A DNA stretch of 64,000 nucleotides from Raillietiella orientalis. Taxonomy: Eukaryota. Where the stretch lies: positions 434,001 through 498,000 of the forward strand of contig JAYWIR010000048.1 in the NCBI GenBank assembly GCA_036172245.1, written 5' to 3'. Position numbers and translations under genes: made by a program. Below are positions 12,439 to 24,480 of the stretch, piece after piece (within the stretch, counting starts at the first letter, position 1; each line of letters starts with the position of its first letter). Under the pieces are notes generated by a model. It had not been told where the DNA came from and made no database searches. It saw nothing but the letters and a program-made list of their open reading frames with translations.

Positions 12439-12696
12439 GGTCTCCGCACGTAGTACCAGACGTTGCGGGTTCAAATCCCCACGTGGAGGATCCACTCCAA
12501 GAAATAAATGTATTGTGGGTTTCGAGTCTTCCCTCTCTCCGCAGGATGATGCTGGTTGGCGTATTCGGGTGAGACACTGGTGAAAGTCGGAAAGTTCCGG
12601 ATGCCTCCTTTGACTGGCTGCGATTAGAAGCCGACCTGCAGGGTCCTTCCAGAAATCAAGGATCCGCTTCCCTTCGAGGTTCCCCTCCGGTTGTCA

Positions 12697-12732
12697 TCAT
12701 GATTCGCAAATGGTTCCATTTGCGAATCATGA
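12697..12732. repeat. Perfect 17-bp inverted repeat (2-nt loop) inside SINE copy A
   Basis: TCATGATTCGCAAATGG-TT-CCATTTGCGAATCATGA. Confidence 0.95.
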
Positions 12733-13639
12733 AGCTGGTTGATACCCCCTAGGGAGGTCGCTTCTCAGAAGTGTGAGAAGAGAGCTGCTTCCCTCGGGAG
12801 CGCCCTGCAGAGAAATTAAGAATCGTCCCTTCGGGATTCTCTCCAGAGAGGGAAGAAACAAGGAGTGGTTTCCATGCGGGTTTCCTCCTGAAAAGAAATT
12901 CCAGGAGCGGATTCTTTTCCGGGTTCCCTTCGCAGAAGAAGCAAGGAACGGACCCCTCCGGGAGTCTCTTCGGAAAGAAAATAAGAAGAGATTCCTTTTG
13001 GGGTTCCCCTTTGGAGACAACCAGAGGACCTCCCGCAAGGGAACCGTCAGGGAAATCCCAGGAGCAGCCCTTACAAATCGGAGGATCCCTCCGAAGAGAA
13101 TGAGGAAGATTTTGGATTCCCTCCCGAGCATGAACGGACTCCTTCCTCCAGGGCCTTCTGGATTCATAGAGTGGTCACCTCCCGGGTTACCCTTAACTTG
13201 AAGAGTGACTACGCGCGCCCTCCGGTGGCGTGAAACAGTGCTAAAGACATTCCTGAGTCCCCCTAAAGAGGAGAACGATTCTTCAGCACCTAGCGAACCA
13301 AAGTGGAGACAAGTGGAGCACATGAGGAAGGAGGTGGAATGAACCAGCTTCCAGTTATTCCATCACATCCCTGGGAATATGGTCATCGGACGCCTTGACC
13401 AACGTTTGCGCTTTGGTAGGTTCCGGAATAACTCCAGGCAAATAGGCTCACCTAATTCCTCACGCGTCTCGAAGACTGCGATATCCATTCCGCTGGGAGT
13501 AAAGATTGACGGAAAATGGCCTGAGCGTGAAGAGTGGATCACTTCCGGGGGTTTACGCGGAGTTTAGCCTTGCAAGATAGACCCTTAATGACGTTAACTG
13601 AACAGATAATTCGAGTCATCGGCTCAAGTAACCTGGAAT

Positions 13640-13820
13640 AGGTTTGGTGTTATGTGTCTTAGGTTACTAGTCTTAGGTTACATGTCCCGGGCAAAGTGGC
13701 TTGTGTTACGCGTCTTAGGCAGTGTCTTAAGTTAAGCGTCGTAAGTGATGTATCTTGGGTCAAGTAGCTCAGGTTATGTGTTATAGGTTATGCCTAAGAT
13801 AGGATACGTTAGGTAACCAT
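13640..13820 (+). repeat. Degenerate ~13-bp minisatellite (CTTAGGTTAYGTGT-like)
   Basis: Recurrent units gtcttaggtta / cttaggttacatgtc / caggttatgtg / taggttatg. Confidence 0.7.
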
Positions 13821-13829
13821 CCACCAAAG

Positions 13830-14780
13830 GAGGCTCGCAGCCTTCGAAGGATGGATTCCACGGCGGTGTTGAGAAACAGTGTGCTCAGGAGACGATCCAG
13901 TGTAGGGAAGAGCCTTGAGCCTCTCCTGGAAATGATTGCATTTTTTTGCTATTTGTTTTCCTAACAAGTGTGATGCCGCCCTGGTGAAGATCTGTGATGA
14001 TTTGAATGGCATGCTCTCCATCTCGCGCTGAGGGCAATGATGCTTTCCTGACGTCATTTGAGACGTCCTGCAACGCGTTCTCGAGAGCCGTGAACGCATA
14101 CCTCAGTGTCTCGAACGATGCGTCGCATCGCTTGCCAGAGCGAATCTACGTTCCAGAAGCCCATCGAAAGGCAGGACCTGCTCCAATTAGGGACCCCTTT
14201 GCTCCAGAATCAATTCCCGTGACATGAAGGACAATCATTTGAAGCTCTGTCTGTGTATACGTTCTTTATATATATGGGTCTCCAGTCAACGGGGTCTTCA
14301 GACATCGAGAAACACTTCTGAAGAAAGTTGCACCAGAGAAGAACCCTTCATCTCGAAACACTGCTTCCTAGGGTGTGGAGGTCTATGGTTCACTTTCCGG
14401 ATTGATCCTTGGAAACAGCGTGGGATTCATCCCGAGCTGGTGGTGTCATTCCATCTCAGCGAAGAATTTTGGCATCTCGGTGTCCTGCATGGCCTGCCAG
14501 CACATTGAATTCGTATAACCTTTGGATCCGCTTTGACCACGGAAAGGTCAACCAGGATTCTCCAGGATCGCACTCTCGGAGGCTCGACGGAAGAAGGAAC
14601 CTATCCATGATTGTGGAGAGGTCCATGGGAGCTCCTAGTTGGCTTCCTTGATTCGCAACGGGGTGTCTGCTGCCTCCTGGACTGAAACATTAAAGCCTAT
14701 GGGCAGCAGATGCATTTGTTTTTTGAGATCTTGAGGAGCCTTCTTCTAGGGAAAAACTCAGTGCTCACGTGTTTTGTCAC
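13830..14780 (-). mobile_element. Possible hAT transposase remnant (BED finger plus catalytic region)
   Basis: EFF...KNKCICC (BED-like, ~14700-14760), IKNVYTDRASN (~14235-14270; cf. VTTDNASN), ALQDVS; highly degenerate. Confidence 0.3.
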
Positions 14781-15099
14781 ATAGCGCTCTCTGCTTCTAG
14801 GCTTGGTTGCTTTAGCAGATAAGCCGCACACTGCATCCACCGTGTATGATGCCGGTTCCCTTGGTTACCTCAGTCCTCAGTTCATGGGACTGGAACCTAT
14901 CCTACTGCAGGTGACGCTAGACGGCAAAACCTGCGTGCAATCAGCAGGACGAGGATGATCTTCGATTGCTTCTGGATTGCATGAAGATCGTCATAACTGA
15001 AAAGCCTACACTCATGCACGCCAAAGCGAGTCCGACCCGAAGACCTGATTGACATCACAGTGCTCTCAGAAGATGACAGCGAACCAAGGGAGAAGAAGA

Positions 15100-15330
15100 A
15101 GATCTGTCTCTTCCTGGGACAACAAGCTGCTTCTAATCAGATCGAAGCAAAGGAAGGAGTCGGATCTCATGTGGCGTCACGCCAAACGTCGCGAAACATC
15201 CTCCAAACTTCCGGTACCGGGACGCAACTCACGTTGAAGCCTGTAAGTGAAAGAGCTCAGTCGGGAGCGAGGTAAACAGTTGTAGCTCTCCAGAATCTAC
15301 TGGAACGTGCAGTTTCCATGGACCATTCCT
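15100..15330 (+). mobile_element. Possible hAT C-terminal dimerization-domain remnant
   Basis: DLMWRHAK...SKL and PVSERAQSGAR (cf. WW...P.L...SER.FS.AG). Confidence 0.25.
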
Positions 15331-18300
15331 CCAGAATCTATCTGGAGGAACAAACGGTCTTCCTACAGTCACCAATATCTGAGCCCGACAGCGAATCGCG
15401 TCCAAACCGTTCTGCGCGCACCGTCGCAACCCTCGTGCTCGCCGGTACCTAAAGAACTGCCGTCCTCCAGCGGTGCAACGCCGGCAGGCAGGAACAGATC
15501 TACCCCGGCTCTTTGGTGCAGGCTTGGCGCTTAAGCTTCATCCATGTGCAGAGCCGGTTGCTTGGTTCAGAGCGGGTGAGTCGTTACACGCTCAGCAATT
15601 TCTAATTCCATGGCCATCGTGCTGCTGTCTTTAGAAATCAACGCCTATCCCTCTGAAATGATGTCCACTCCAACGGCGACGAATGCTGCTGTTAGAAGAT
15701 TTCAAATGATGGATTGCTGGCTCCCTTCATTCGTATCCATCTGAGGTCCTTCCGTCGTTTATGAATTCCAAACATCGAAGTAAAAGAAGGAAGACTCGGA
15801 ACGAAAAGATGACATTTGAGAGAGTACCAGATGTTCTAGACACTGTCTGGTTGACCCGTGGAGTCAGTGGCAGTCTCTGACTGAAACTCCTTCCGCGACA
15901 AATTGGAACTGTGCGTTCCGCTGCCGCCACCGAGGACTGAGAACTGCTTAAAGCTGCCTGTGCACAAATAAAGAGAAAATCATTGCAAGCAAGATATGAG
16001 ACGAATGTGGCTGCTGCTGTGTAGGTCTCCGGGTGGTCTGAGGGTGGTGACACACACACACACTCTCCATTTCCCAAGGGAACGAGGAAGAGGAACTGCG
16101 TTGTATCTTATCATCTTCGTGAGAACTACAACCAACTCGCAAGCGCAAGAGGATGCGAACTACGGTTGATGGGAGTTGTCCCTGCACCGGGCCTTCATCC
16201 CTGTTTCGATAAATGCTGTCTTTTTTGGAGGGGAACATGTGCCGTGGCAGTGTTGGGTGATCATCCAGGGAGGTTTCCGACTCCCGATGACAAAATTCGA
16301 TTTGAACTTAGTCTCCTGATGGTATGCAAGAAGACACTCGATGACCGAAGGTTCACCATCGGCGTGTTTTCAGGGAGATGCAGCATCCCCTTCCATTCTC
16401 TCGACGGAAATCAAGGCGCGTTCTCATTCCGAGATCAGTAGGTCATGTGATGACGATGACGTTCAGTCCCTGGATCGACCACTAGACAGTAGCAAACCCT
16501 CTTCTCCATTTTGATTCTTCCTTAAAAATGTTTTCCCGTATTTCCGTGAGATATTCGGATGCTGATCCCGACTCGATTACCCGATTTTGTGTGCTTTAAC
16601 GAGGGCCATGTTCCCTTTAAACTACTTCTGGCTCTCCTTGAAAATGTATTTACTCGAGGCTCTTTTCCTTGTTGTCTCTCGCGATGATGCCTTTCTGTCT
16701 GTTTTGCTCACCATTTTGACAATAAAAACGCCTCTTATCGCCAACACGCCATGAGATCAAGAGATCGTGAGCTTCCTTCTTATCGTCTGGAACGGATGTA
16801 AAAGCTCGGATTCCTGAAGGATTCCGAAACTGGAATCAGATTCGGAAATGACCCAGTGTCCAGTCATAGCGTGCTGTCTTTCCTTTGGGTAAATTTCTGG
16901 GTCCTCTCGCTCTTACATTTGCGACCCAGAACTCTGGGGACTCGGGTAAAGAAGCTCCCTTGCTGCTTACTCTACAAGAGAATCCATGCACGATAGCTGC
17001 CAGCTCCAGATCGTAGAATCCTAGAGCGCAAGCATCCTTCCAGAGGCTGGGAGTCGTTTAAGGGCCGCGGAACTACCACTAGGTGCCTTTTGATGCGTAT
17101 CCTTGTCTCACAACCCCGTGCCGATTCCTCAGTATCGACGCAGAGAAGAAACGCCAGAGAAGGGATGAGGGCCTCCCAGCTCATCTCCTTGGTACAGAAG
17201 TCATTAAGAGGCGATCGCGACAGATGACTCCAATAGCGAGGGGAGAGGACATCTCCCGCATCGTGAGAGAACTGGGTACGACATCGACAGGAGCCTGGCG
17301 ACCCTCCCTCGACCGCCGCTTATTCCTTTGTGGGGGCATATCGTGCCTTCCACCTCATCGCTCCAGAACTGCCTCCTGAACTAGCGCGTTGAGCAAGATT
17401 TTCCTTATGCAGGATCCTAGTAGAAACTCAGTCTCCTCGCTTATTTGTGTTTGTTTTTTGGGAGGTGGAAAGGTGGTCAAGAAACGCCATGGAAGAACCA
17501 GGAAAAGACATGCATTCTCGTCAAGAATGATATCGACTGCGAAAGACTCACCTCGCTTCTCCGCTGCTACAGACGTCCGAGATCTTTCAGGATTCCGATT
17601 TGGCAAGCTGCAGTAGGACCAGAGAAGCGCGACCTCCTCCTTACTAAGCAGAGACGCCTGAAGCAGGAAGAGGTGAACACGCAGGTCTGTTTGGAAAGGT
17701 CCACTTCTCCATAGGTCCATATCTCCAGCAGAGCGAGGCTTCGAGGTCACTCTCCTTTCTCCTGAAGCTTCCATCCTGCCCTGCCCTCTTTTCTTCGGGT
17801 TTTCCAGGAAGAGGAAAATGAGGGGTTCCCTTGTGGCGTGAAAGGAAGGGAGGTGCAACCTGCCAGATTGCTAAATCCCCTCTGCGAGAACGCGATATGC
17901 GGCTGGGAGTCTCCGTCCTTTTTGCTCACCCGACGCGAGCGAATGGACCGGCACATAAGGGAAGAGAAAGCCTTCTTAATTCCGGTACCAAGACCCCCTC
18001 CCACTTTCGTACCACATGCATGCGTTTTTCTCAGTGGAGACGGATCCAGCATCCTGCGGCACGTCAGCGTGGGCCTTGTGGCTTCCGGGAAGAGCTGGGC
18101 ACTCCCCTCGCGCTTAGGAAGAACAGATCTTCCGGAAAGAGCAGCTGGCTTGGAGTCGGAGGTAGAGGTCGCTGCAGGCCTCTGAAGGGACTGGAGATCG
18201 GGGGATGTTGAGCCTCAAACAGGAGTTCTCTTTGAGGCTGCTGCCGGAACCCTGCTGATTTTTCCCTTCACCCCATTTCTCAACCCTTCGACCTTCCCGT

Positions 18301-18699
18301 CAGTCTTACTGGCTTTACGAATGGTAAAGCTAAACCCCGAGAACACCGAAAGACTTCCTTCTAGGGTACCGATTAATTTCTCCGTTCGTGCATCCCATCC
18401 AATTGCGAGGGAAGGATCGTGGGGAATTTTCTCCCAGAGCGAACAGGTCCATGACAGGCGGACGCCCCTAGGGGATGCAGGCTTTCCACATAAGATTCGT
18501 TTTCCAATCGAATGCCGAGATGATAATCCAATTCACGAAGATCCTGAGTCAACCTACGCTGCAGCCTCCTGATTAAACAGCTTGTTTGTTTTCTACAGGA
18601 AGCACATGAGCTCATCTTCCGCATGTCGGCGTGGGCGTTCAGCAATCAGCTTCTGAAACGATTCGAGCTCCTCTGGTGTTCTTGGAACGGGTCGAAACC

Positions 18700-19180
18700 T
18701 ACTGTTCGAGAGAGCATCCGTTGACTTCTGGACCATTCCTTGAATTCGAGTTAAAGGGAGGAAGGAAGCTGTGCTTCGCTCTCAGGGCAGCCGCTTCCCG
18801 CAGAGCTCTCATCGGAGCAGGTCGTCCCTCAGTCCGCGTTCAAACCAGGTCCACGTCAGCCGGTTTCCAATTCCCGAAGGGAGACTTGCAGCCTCGGTGT
18901 TTCGCAGGTTGTCACGCTACCATGAATCTAGAAGGAAACCGATAGCCATGGATGTCTGGAAAACCGATGAAAGATCGATCTGGAGAAGCTGGAAACTCAA
19001 GCTGCTATCGCCTAGGGATTTTGGGGAGACAGTAGCTTCAAACGAGGAGGAGCTCTTCCCCCCGAACCCAAGAGTGCGGAAGATGAGTTTGAGGATAGAA
19101 GGTGAGTCCGACGGTTGCATGGGATGTCACGAATTGAATCTGGTTCATTGAAAAGATGTGTACCCTGCCACTCCCGCGCT
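18700..19180 (+). mobile_element. Tx1/L1-like LINE ORF1 remnant
   Basis: HVSRFPIPEG...SVFRRLSRYH (cf. V..FP.E.....L..YG) and IEGESDGCMGCHELNLVH*KD (degenerate Y.GQ...C..C...H....C zinc knuckle). Confidence 0.5.
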
Positions 19181-19759
19181 TGCACGGCCGGAGAGAGAGA
19201 GAGCGATTGTACTTGGTCATCTCGGAGATGACCAGCAAGAGAAGGCATTTTCTGTTCTCCTGGAAGGGATTTTTCCGATAGGATTGTGATACCCAAATTT
19301 TCCATTTTGTTTCTTATTAGTCTTTTTCTTTTCTCCCGGCAGGTTTCCATGCCAACTTCCTTATCTGATGATTCCTGATTGCCTCATCTCATCAAGTTCG
19401 GAAGTCTTCTTTCTTCGGCTAATCGAGTTCCTCGCGCACCGTTCGCGTCAACCGTGTTTGCGTCACCGCCGAGGGAAGAATGTTTGCATTTTGAGTTTCG
19501 CGGGCCAAATGAAGATCTGTGAGACGAGTTCTCCCGAGCTTATTAGATAACAGAAACTGGGAGGGAACTACAGAATGGTCCACGATGGAATGCATGCCCT
19601 TCTTCAAGAGAACGCCTCTGCGCTCTGCGTTCCAGCACGAACCTGATGCTGCAGAACTGCAACTTTTTGAAAGAGTTCCCCTCTTCCACGTCTTTCCCGT
19701 TGCCGAAGGCAACCCGCGGCAGGTAAGCTGGATGAGTAAGTGCGCGCCACGCCCTCGTG

Positions 19760-21160
19760 CCGCGCCATGGATTTGAGTGCCCGGAAAGGCTTCGATCGAA
19801 GGAATTTTCTTCCGGATGGAGCGAACATGCTGCTCAAGAGAAGCAGCTGCTTTGATGGCAGTGTTTACCGCTCGACACGAGGCGGAGCAAACAGCTGCGC
19901 ATGGAGGCTGCGCGTGATTCAGGAAGAGAAGACCTTTGCTCTCATGCTCGGCGCTTCCGCTTCCTCCGTTTTCATCTTGGCTTCACAACACGCTCTCCAA
20001 GAAGAAAGAGTGCTGCCATCTGTCGACCGAATCAGTTGGGACGTAAGACCGGCTGCTTTGGTGAATAGGTCGGTTAATCACTGTACGCTGCTGAGGAAGC
20101 CTCTCCGAGTCGAAAGTGACGCTACCCCGGAGTCTCAGTCGGCAAAGCGGACGATTAGACTTTGGAGACGGAACGACCTCGGTCCACTCTTGAACATTAA
20201 GCGAGCGGAAAGTCTGGCTTGCTTGAATGCTTGAGCTCGAACCATCGAAGTCCATTTGCAGCCTCAGTGAGTCCATTTGGTAAGCGGAACTGGAGCCTTG
20301 CGGATCCCCTGGCGCGACCGATGCGACTCTCGTCGGATCCCATGGAATGCTCTGGTTGCCATGACAGCAAACAGGACAGCCACGAACGCGGGAGTGAGAA
20401 TCCTCTGAGGAAATGCGCAACGGCTCGGCTGCTAAGCCTCTCCTGAAGTTGCGTAGCTCTTGGGCGTCGGCACTGCGCCAAAGCGCCGGAGCAGTCCTCT
20501 GGCATTTTTTTCGTTGGAGGACAACAGGCTTCCCAGACTCTGGCATGCGGGAAAATCGCAGAGGTGCGAACGCGAGCGCTACTGAAGCTGCTCCTTCGTT
20601 ACAGATCTTGGCGATGAAAGTGACATCCTAGACGCCTGATGTGGAAGAGAATCCCATGGGAAGAGTCTTCAGGCTTAGCTCATTCGACCTCAAATCCTCC
20701 CAGACAGAAATGACACAAAAAAAAGAAGTAACGGAAGATTTTATTATTGTGAGGACGCGGGCACCCTGTTTGGGAGAGAAATTCACAAAGAAGACCTCTA
20801 ACATGCTGGTTCAGCAATTCCTTTCACCTTTTTGAAAACTTTTGCACCCCCCTTGGTTTACAGAAGAGAGGGGGGAAAAAAAGCTGTGAGACCTTCCTTT
20901 TCCACAGAAGTAGGCAACGTATTTGATTGGTATTTGAGTCATTTTCCCCGGGTCCCATTGTTCTTGCCTTGGTTTACGAAGGAGATCGTCGGCCCGCACT
21001 TGAAGAATGGCCATTTCCTATTCGCTGCTGCCTCGCGGGAGAACAGGGGCACGTCTCCGCGGGGCACTGACGCCATCGGTCATTCGGAAGACAGAACCCA
21101 CGAAAGGCGTCCGGTTCGAATCCCTTTAACAAGCAAAGTTTTTCACTTATGTTTTCCCGT
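19760..21160 (-). mobile_element. THAP-domain Harbinger/ISL2EU-like transposase remnant
   Basis: THAP-like KLCLLKG...GFCLPND...AILQVRADDL...YVAYF (~20880-21150), then helix-turn-helix-like SLRLQMDFD...QEWTEVV, RTVIN/DLFTKAAGLTSQ (cf. IDCTE..I..P..L..Q), LFAPP and RKFLRSKPFRAL (cf. ER.I.R.K.F.IL). Confidence 0.5.
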
Positions 21161-21629
21161 ACAGCCAAAGTCCCGATGGAGCTCGCTAGCGGGGTTTGAG
21201 CTCCCTCGCCCACCATTTCACCCCATTCTCTCGAAGGGTATCCGCATCGCAGTGACAACAAGCGTGTTCATGTGTACGGACACTAAGGAATTCCAATTTT
21301 TCCCCTTTCTCACGTCGGTGGCTTCCCGGTTCTTTCGAGGTTCAAGGGGATGGCCGATTCGGCCGCACATCCGAGCTCGTCGCACCATCACATTGGATTC
21401 GGCAGCGCGGATCGTCTGGACCGGACACCCTGCAGTTCAGGCAAGGGCAAGGGAGGCGCTGAGGTCTCCATGCGCTCTATACTACTCTGCTCCATGTGTG
21501 GCGCCACCATGCTTGGAGAGAGGCTGCACGCTTTAACAGCAGATTTATCTGCTGAGGATGTCCCAAATAGAGCTCCCCGCGACGCAGTGGAGCCGCCGTC
21601 GGACGTGTCTTCAAATCGACGTCGTAGTG

Positions 21630-21950
21630 AAAGTGCCGATGGCACCAACTTGCCCCCTGTCATCCGTCACTTCGTAACCAACAATCCTGGTTAGCAAAGG
21701 AGTTTGCCAGCCAAGACGGAAGCAAATGGCAAACTACGGAACAATAATGGGATTCTGTGAAGAAGCGGCCACACCATCTGATATGACCGGTTGACCACTG
21801 TGGACTCAACGTTCGGCATGCCGTGCTCCACTCGCCTATGGAACCCAGACATAAAGTCGGAGCCCCCATTTGGGCAGAATGAGCGCCAGCCTCAGTTGCA
21901 GTTTTCCTTCTGTCTTTGAACGTTGCTATATGCCGTTTCCCTTCCATGGA
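21630..21950 (+). mobile_element. Possible second (SWIM-type) ORF of the ISL2EU-like element
   Basis: NLPPVIRHFVTNNPG, AVLHS and SVAVFLL weakly resemble the N-terminal/SWIM region of the second ORF; it lies divergent to the THAP transposase. Confidence 0.22.
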
Positions 21951-22529
21951 CTTCTCGACTTCTCGAGTCGACGAAACGTCAGCGTTTAAGCTGAAGGTCG
22001 AGGAAGCGCGTGCGAGCACGCCTGGTGCTGCCTCCTTCGGTGAAGATCTTGGTGGTGGTGACGACACCTTGGAAGTCCGATGTGGAAGAGTATCCTACGC
22101 GAACAGCCTTGGGACATGTCTCATTTGACCACGGGGAGATGAAAGGGAAAAAAATCAGTGGAAGAACTGATTTTCGTGAGGATGCGAGCACCTTACGAGA
22201 GAATCAGATTCTCAGGAGAACACCGATGATGAAAGCTGAGGCGGCGGTAATGGCAACAGCAATGAAAGAGGAAGGAAGCCGCCTCTGTTGATGCGATCGA
22301 GTGGAGCCGGTGGTCCTGGAACGAAAGTCGTGCCCATCAACCTGTGGCTATCCCAAGCTCAATCGCGGCGTCCGGTGATCCTCGGACAAGGTTGCTGGTC
22401 ACGCGAAAAGCCTGCTGCAGATGGCCTACGTACACTACTTCGGAAACTGCGTCTCCTTTTCGTTTCTGCAGAACCCTCGATGATGAAAATCCTTTTGAAG
22501 TCTTTTCTGTTCCTCTATCTTCTTTCCAG

Positions 22530-23090
22530 AACTTTTTTTTTTCCTTCCATTTTTCCTTTTTTTCGGTTCACCTAGGAGGCTCTTTAACACTGTCCACGCC
22601 ATCCAGGAAGGCTCTGGAGGAAGGAGTACTTTCCTCTTACGCTTGGTAGGAGAACCCCGAGGAAACCTTCGCCCTGATTGTCTCAGAAGGAAACCACCTG
22701 TTCCAGATTCTGTCCAGAGGGACCCCCAGGAAGGCTCCCTCTTCATTTCTTGGAGGTACCTCTCAAAAGAAACCGCTCCTGGTTTCCTCCTCCAAAGAGA
22801 ACCCCGAAGGGACGCTTCCCAAATTTCCCTAAAGGGCGCTCTCCGAAGGGAGGAGAGAGCTTCTTACACTCCTGAGAGGCAACCTCCCGAAGAGGTATCG
22901 ACCAGCTCCATGATACGCGATGAAAGGTCACCATTCTAGGAAGGGGACGGCTTTATTCCCACAACAAGAGGGGAACTCTGAAGGGAGCTGGCTGCTTGGT
23001 TGCTGGAGGGATCCTGGAGGGTCGACTTTCAATCCCGACCAGTCAACAGGATCATCTGGTTTCCGGTCTCCACCAGTGCCGTGACACTGT
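22530..23090 (-). mobile_element. Long SINE, copy B (5'-truncated, A-rich tail)
   Basis: Reverse complement aligns with copy A from CACTGG..GACCGG onward. 3' end ...CAGTGTTAAAGAG...TAGGTGAACC followed by A-rich runs (T runs at ~22533-22563 on +). Confidence 0.85.
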
Positions 23091-23560
23091 GGACACGGGC
23101 GGGTGTGAACCCGAACTGTGCCAGGTGCAGGGAGTGGGAATCCCTCCTGAACCTCTTAGTTGAGTGTGTTGCCCTCCGGCCCCTCTGGGAACGTTTTGCG
23201 GCAGCCCTAGGAACTCCAGGAGGACGCGAGTTCTACGCTGTCGGTGGCTTGCTGAATGAGAAGACGTTTAGGTTGGCACCAGGAGGTGCTCCACAGGTTT
23301 GCCACGGGGACAAGTATCGAAAACTGGAGCTGCAGCTCCATTTGCTCCGGCTTCAGGGGAGGCATAGGCCGACGTCCTTGTGCGGGGCATACAAGTCCTT
23401 CAGAATGACTCGGGGCTTCCCTTTTCCCCAGAGGACGATCCTGATGAGATTCTTCGCCTACTTTCTAATGCTGCATGGTGAGAGGCAAGAAAAAGCAGGG
23501 GGTCAAGGGGGGCTCACGAACGTGTTCTACGCCGCAACTCGTTCCGGCAGGTGAAAGCTG
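23090..23560 (+). mobile_element. LINE ORF2 3' fragment (zinc finger)
   Basis: PNCARCREWESLLNLLVECVALRPLWERF. Confidence 0.7.
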
Positions 23561-23619
23561 CCTCTCTGGAACAAATCAAGCGCTGCAGTGCTTTCTGAAG
23601 TCTGGTGCTGCACTGGTTG

Positions 23620-24480
23620 ACACTTGGTCACACCGGGGCGATTAATTATAAAGCCTACATGTATGTGGCAGGACGTTTGATCCTGCCACGTTACTTATAA
23701 ATACGAGAAGGAACCTGCCGGGAACCGGCACACAGGGTTCGTTTCGGCAACACAGGGGGAGGGGAGACAAAAAAAAAAACATATAAAAAAAAAAATATAC
23801 AGTCAAAAAAATAGGGGAGGGAGGGGAGTTCGGGAATGGATCACTGTGTGCTGAGGGGTTTCCTTTGTGTCCTTGTAAGGATGCCGGCAAGTTCCTGTTT
23901 CAAGACTCCCAGATGGGGCCATATTGGCGCTGTCCTCATGAAGAGGATAGCAAAATAGATGACGTCCCTGTCGTCCTGACCTCCTCTGGCATTGTTCCAT
24001 GCAGCCACGGTCCCGCTGCGTAGGTAGCAAAGTGCTGCTGGGGATGCGACCGGTGTGAGAACGTCCCACAGGAAGAGGCACTTCAGAATGTCTCTGGCGT
24101 TGCCGCCAGAGACAGCAACACAAAAGCGCTGGGGACCACTGCAGATTGCCCACCGGAATTCCTAGCAGCTCGACCCAGGGCAAAAGTCCTTGTGGGGGGC
24201 CCTTGGGGAGGCAGCTTACGTAAGCTGGCCCGATGCCCACTCCCAGTCCTTCCTTCCTTCGGGAAATGATCACACTAACCTCCCATGCAGCCTCCAGGCT
24301 GCTGCCCATGTGTTCCCTGAGTGAGGACATCGCGGCGACGAGGGAGGTCTTCCTGCTCTGCAAGACACGAGGAGGTGTTGTCTCTCTCGCACGCGAGGAG
24401 CATGTTGCCTTCGACACACAGATCTGCAGTGCATTTCGAAGTATGGTCAAAGGTTTTGACTCGCTCCACAGATATGTGGT
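23620..24480 (-). mobile_element. LINE ORF2 3' fragment with 3'UTR and terminal motif
   Basis: AAWEVSVIIS, LPWVELLGIPV and HTGRIPS are shared with other copies; T-rich 3'UTR; terminal ATCGCCCCGGTGTGACC at 23626-23642 (minus). Confidence 0.7.

Larger units (their letters stand above)
12222..13302 (+). mobile_element. tRNA-derived long SINE, copy A (head interrupted by nad6 NUMT)
   Basis: B-box GGTTCAAATCC at 12468-12478. Colinear similarity with 22530-23090, 27736-28720, 41335-42025 and 48796-49150. 3' end GGCGTGAAACAGTG...TAGCGAACC-AAA. Confidence 0.85.

Noticed and set aside
12440..12490. tRNA gene (also 28650-28720, 41950-42025, 48800-48860)
   Set aside because: B-boxes are present but there is no closable acceptor stem or cloverleaf, and each continues into the same repeat body, so these are SINE heads.
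12800..13100. CRISPR-like array of ~40-bp hairpin units
   Set aside because: Units are degenerate and contiguous with no unique spacers, there are no cas genes, and the context is eukaryotic.
12727..13323. Long ORFs with FPxGFP-like peptide repeats in SINE copies
   Set aside because: Frames are not conserved between copies; openness reflects stop-poor tandem repeats.
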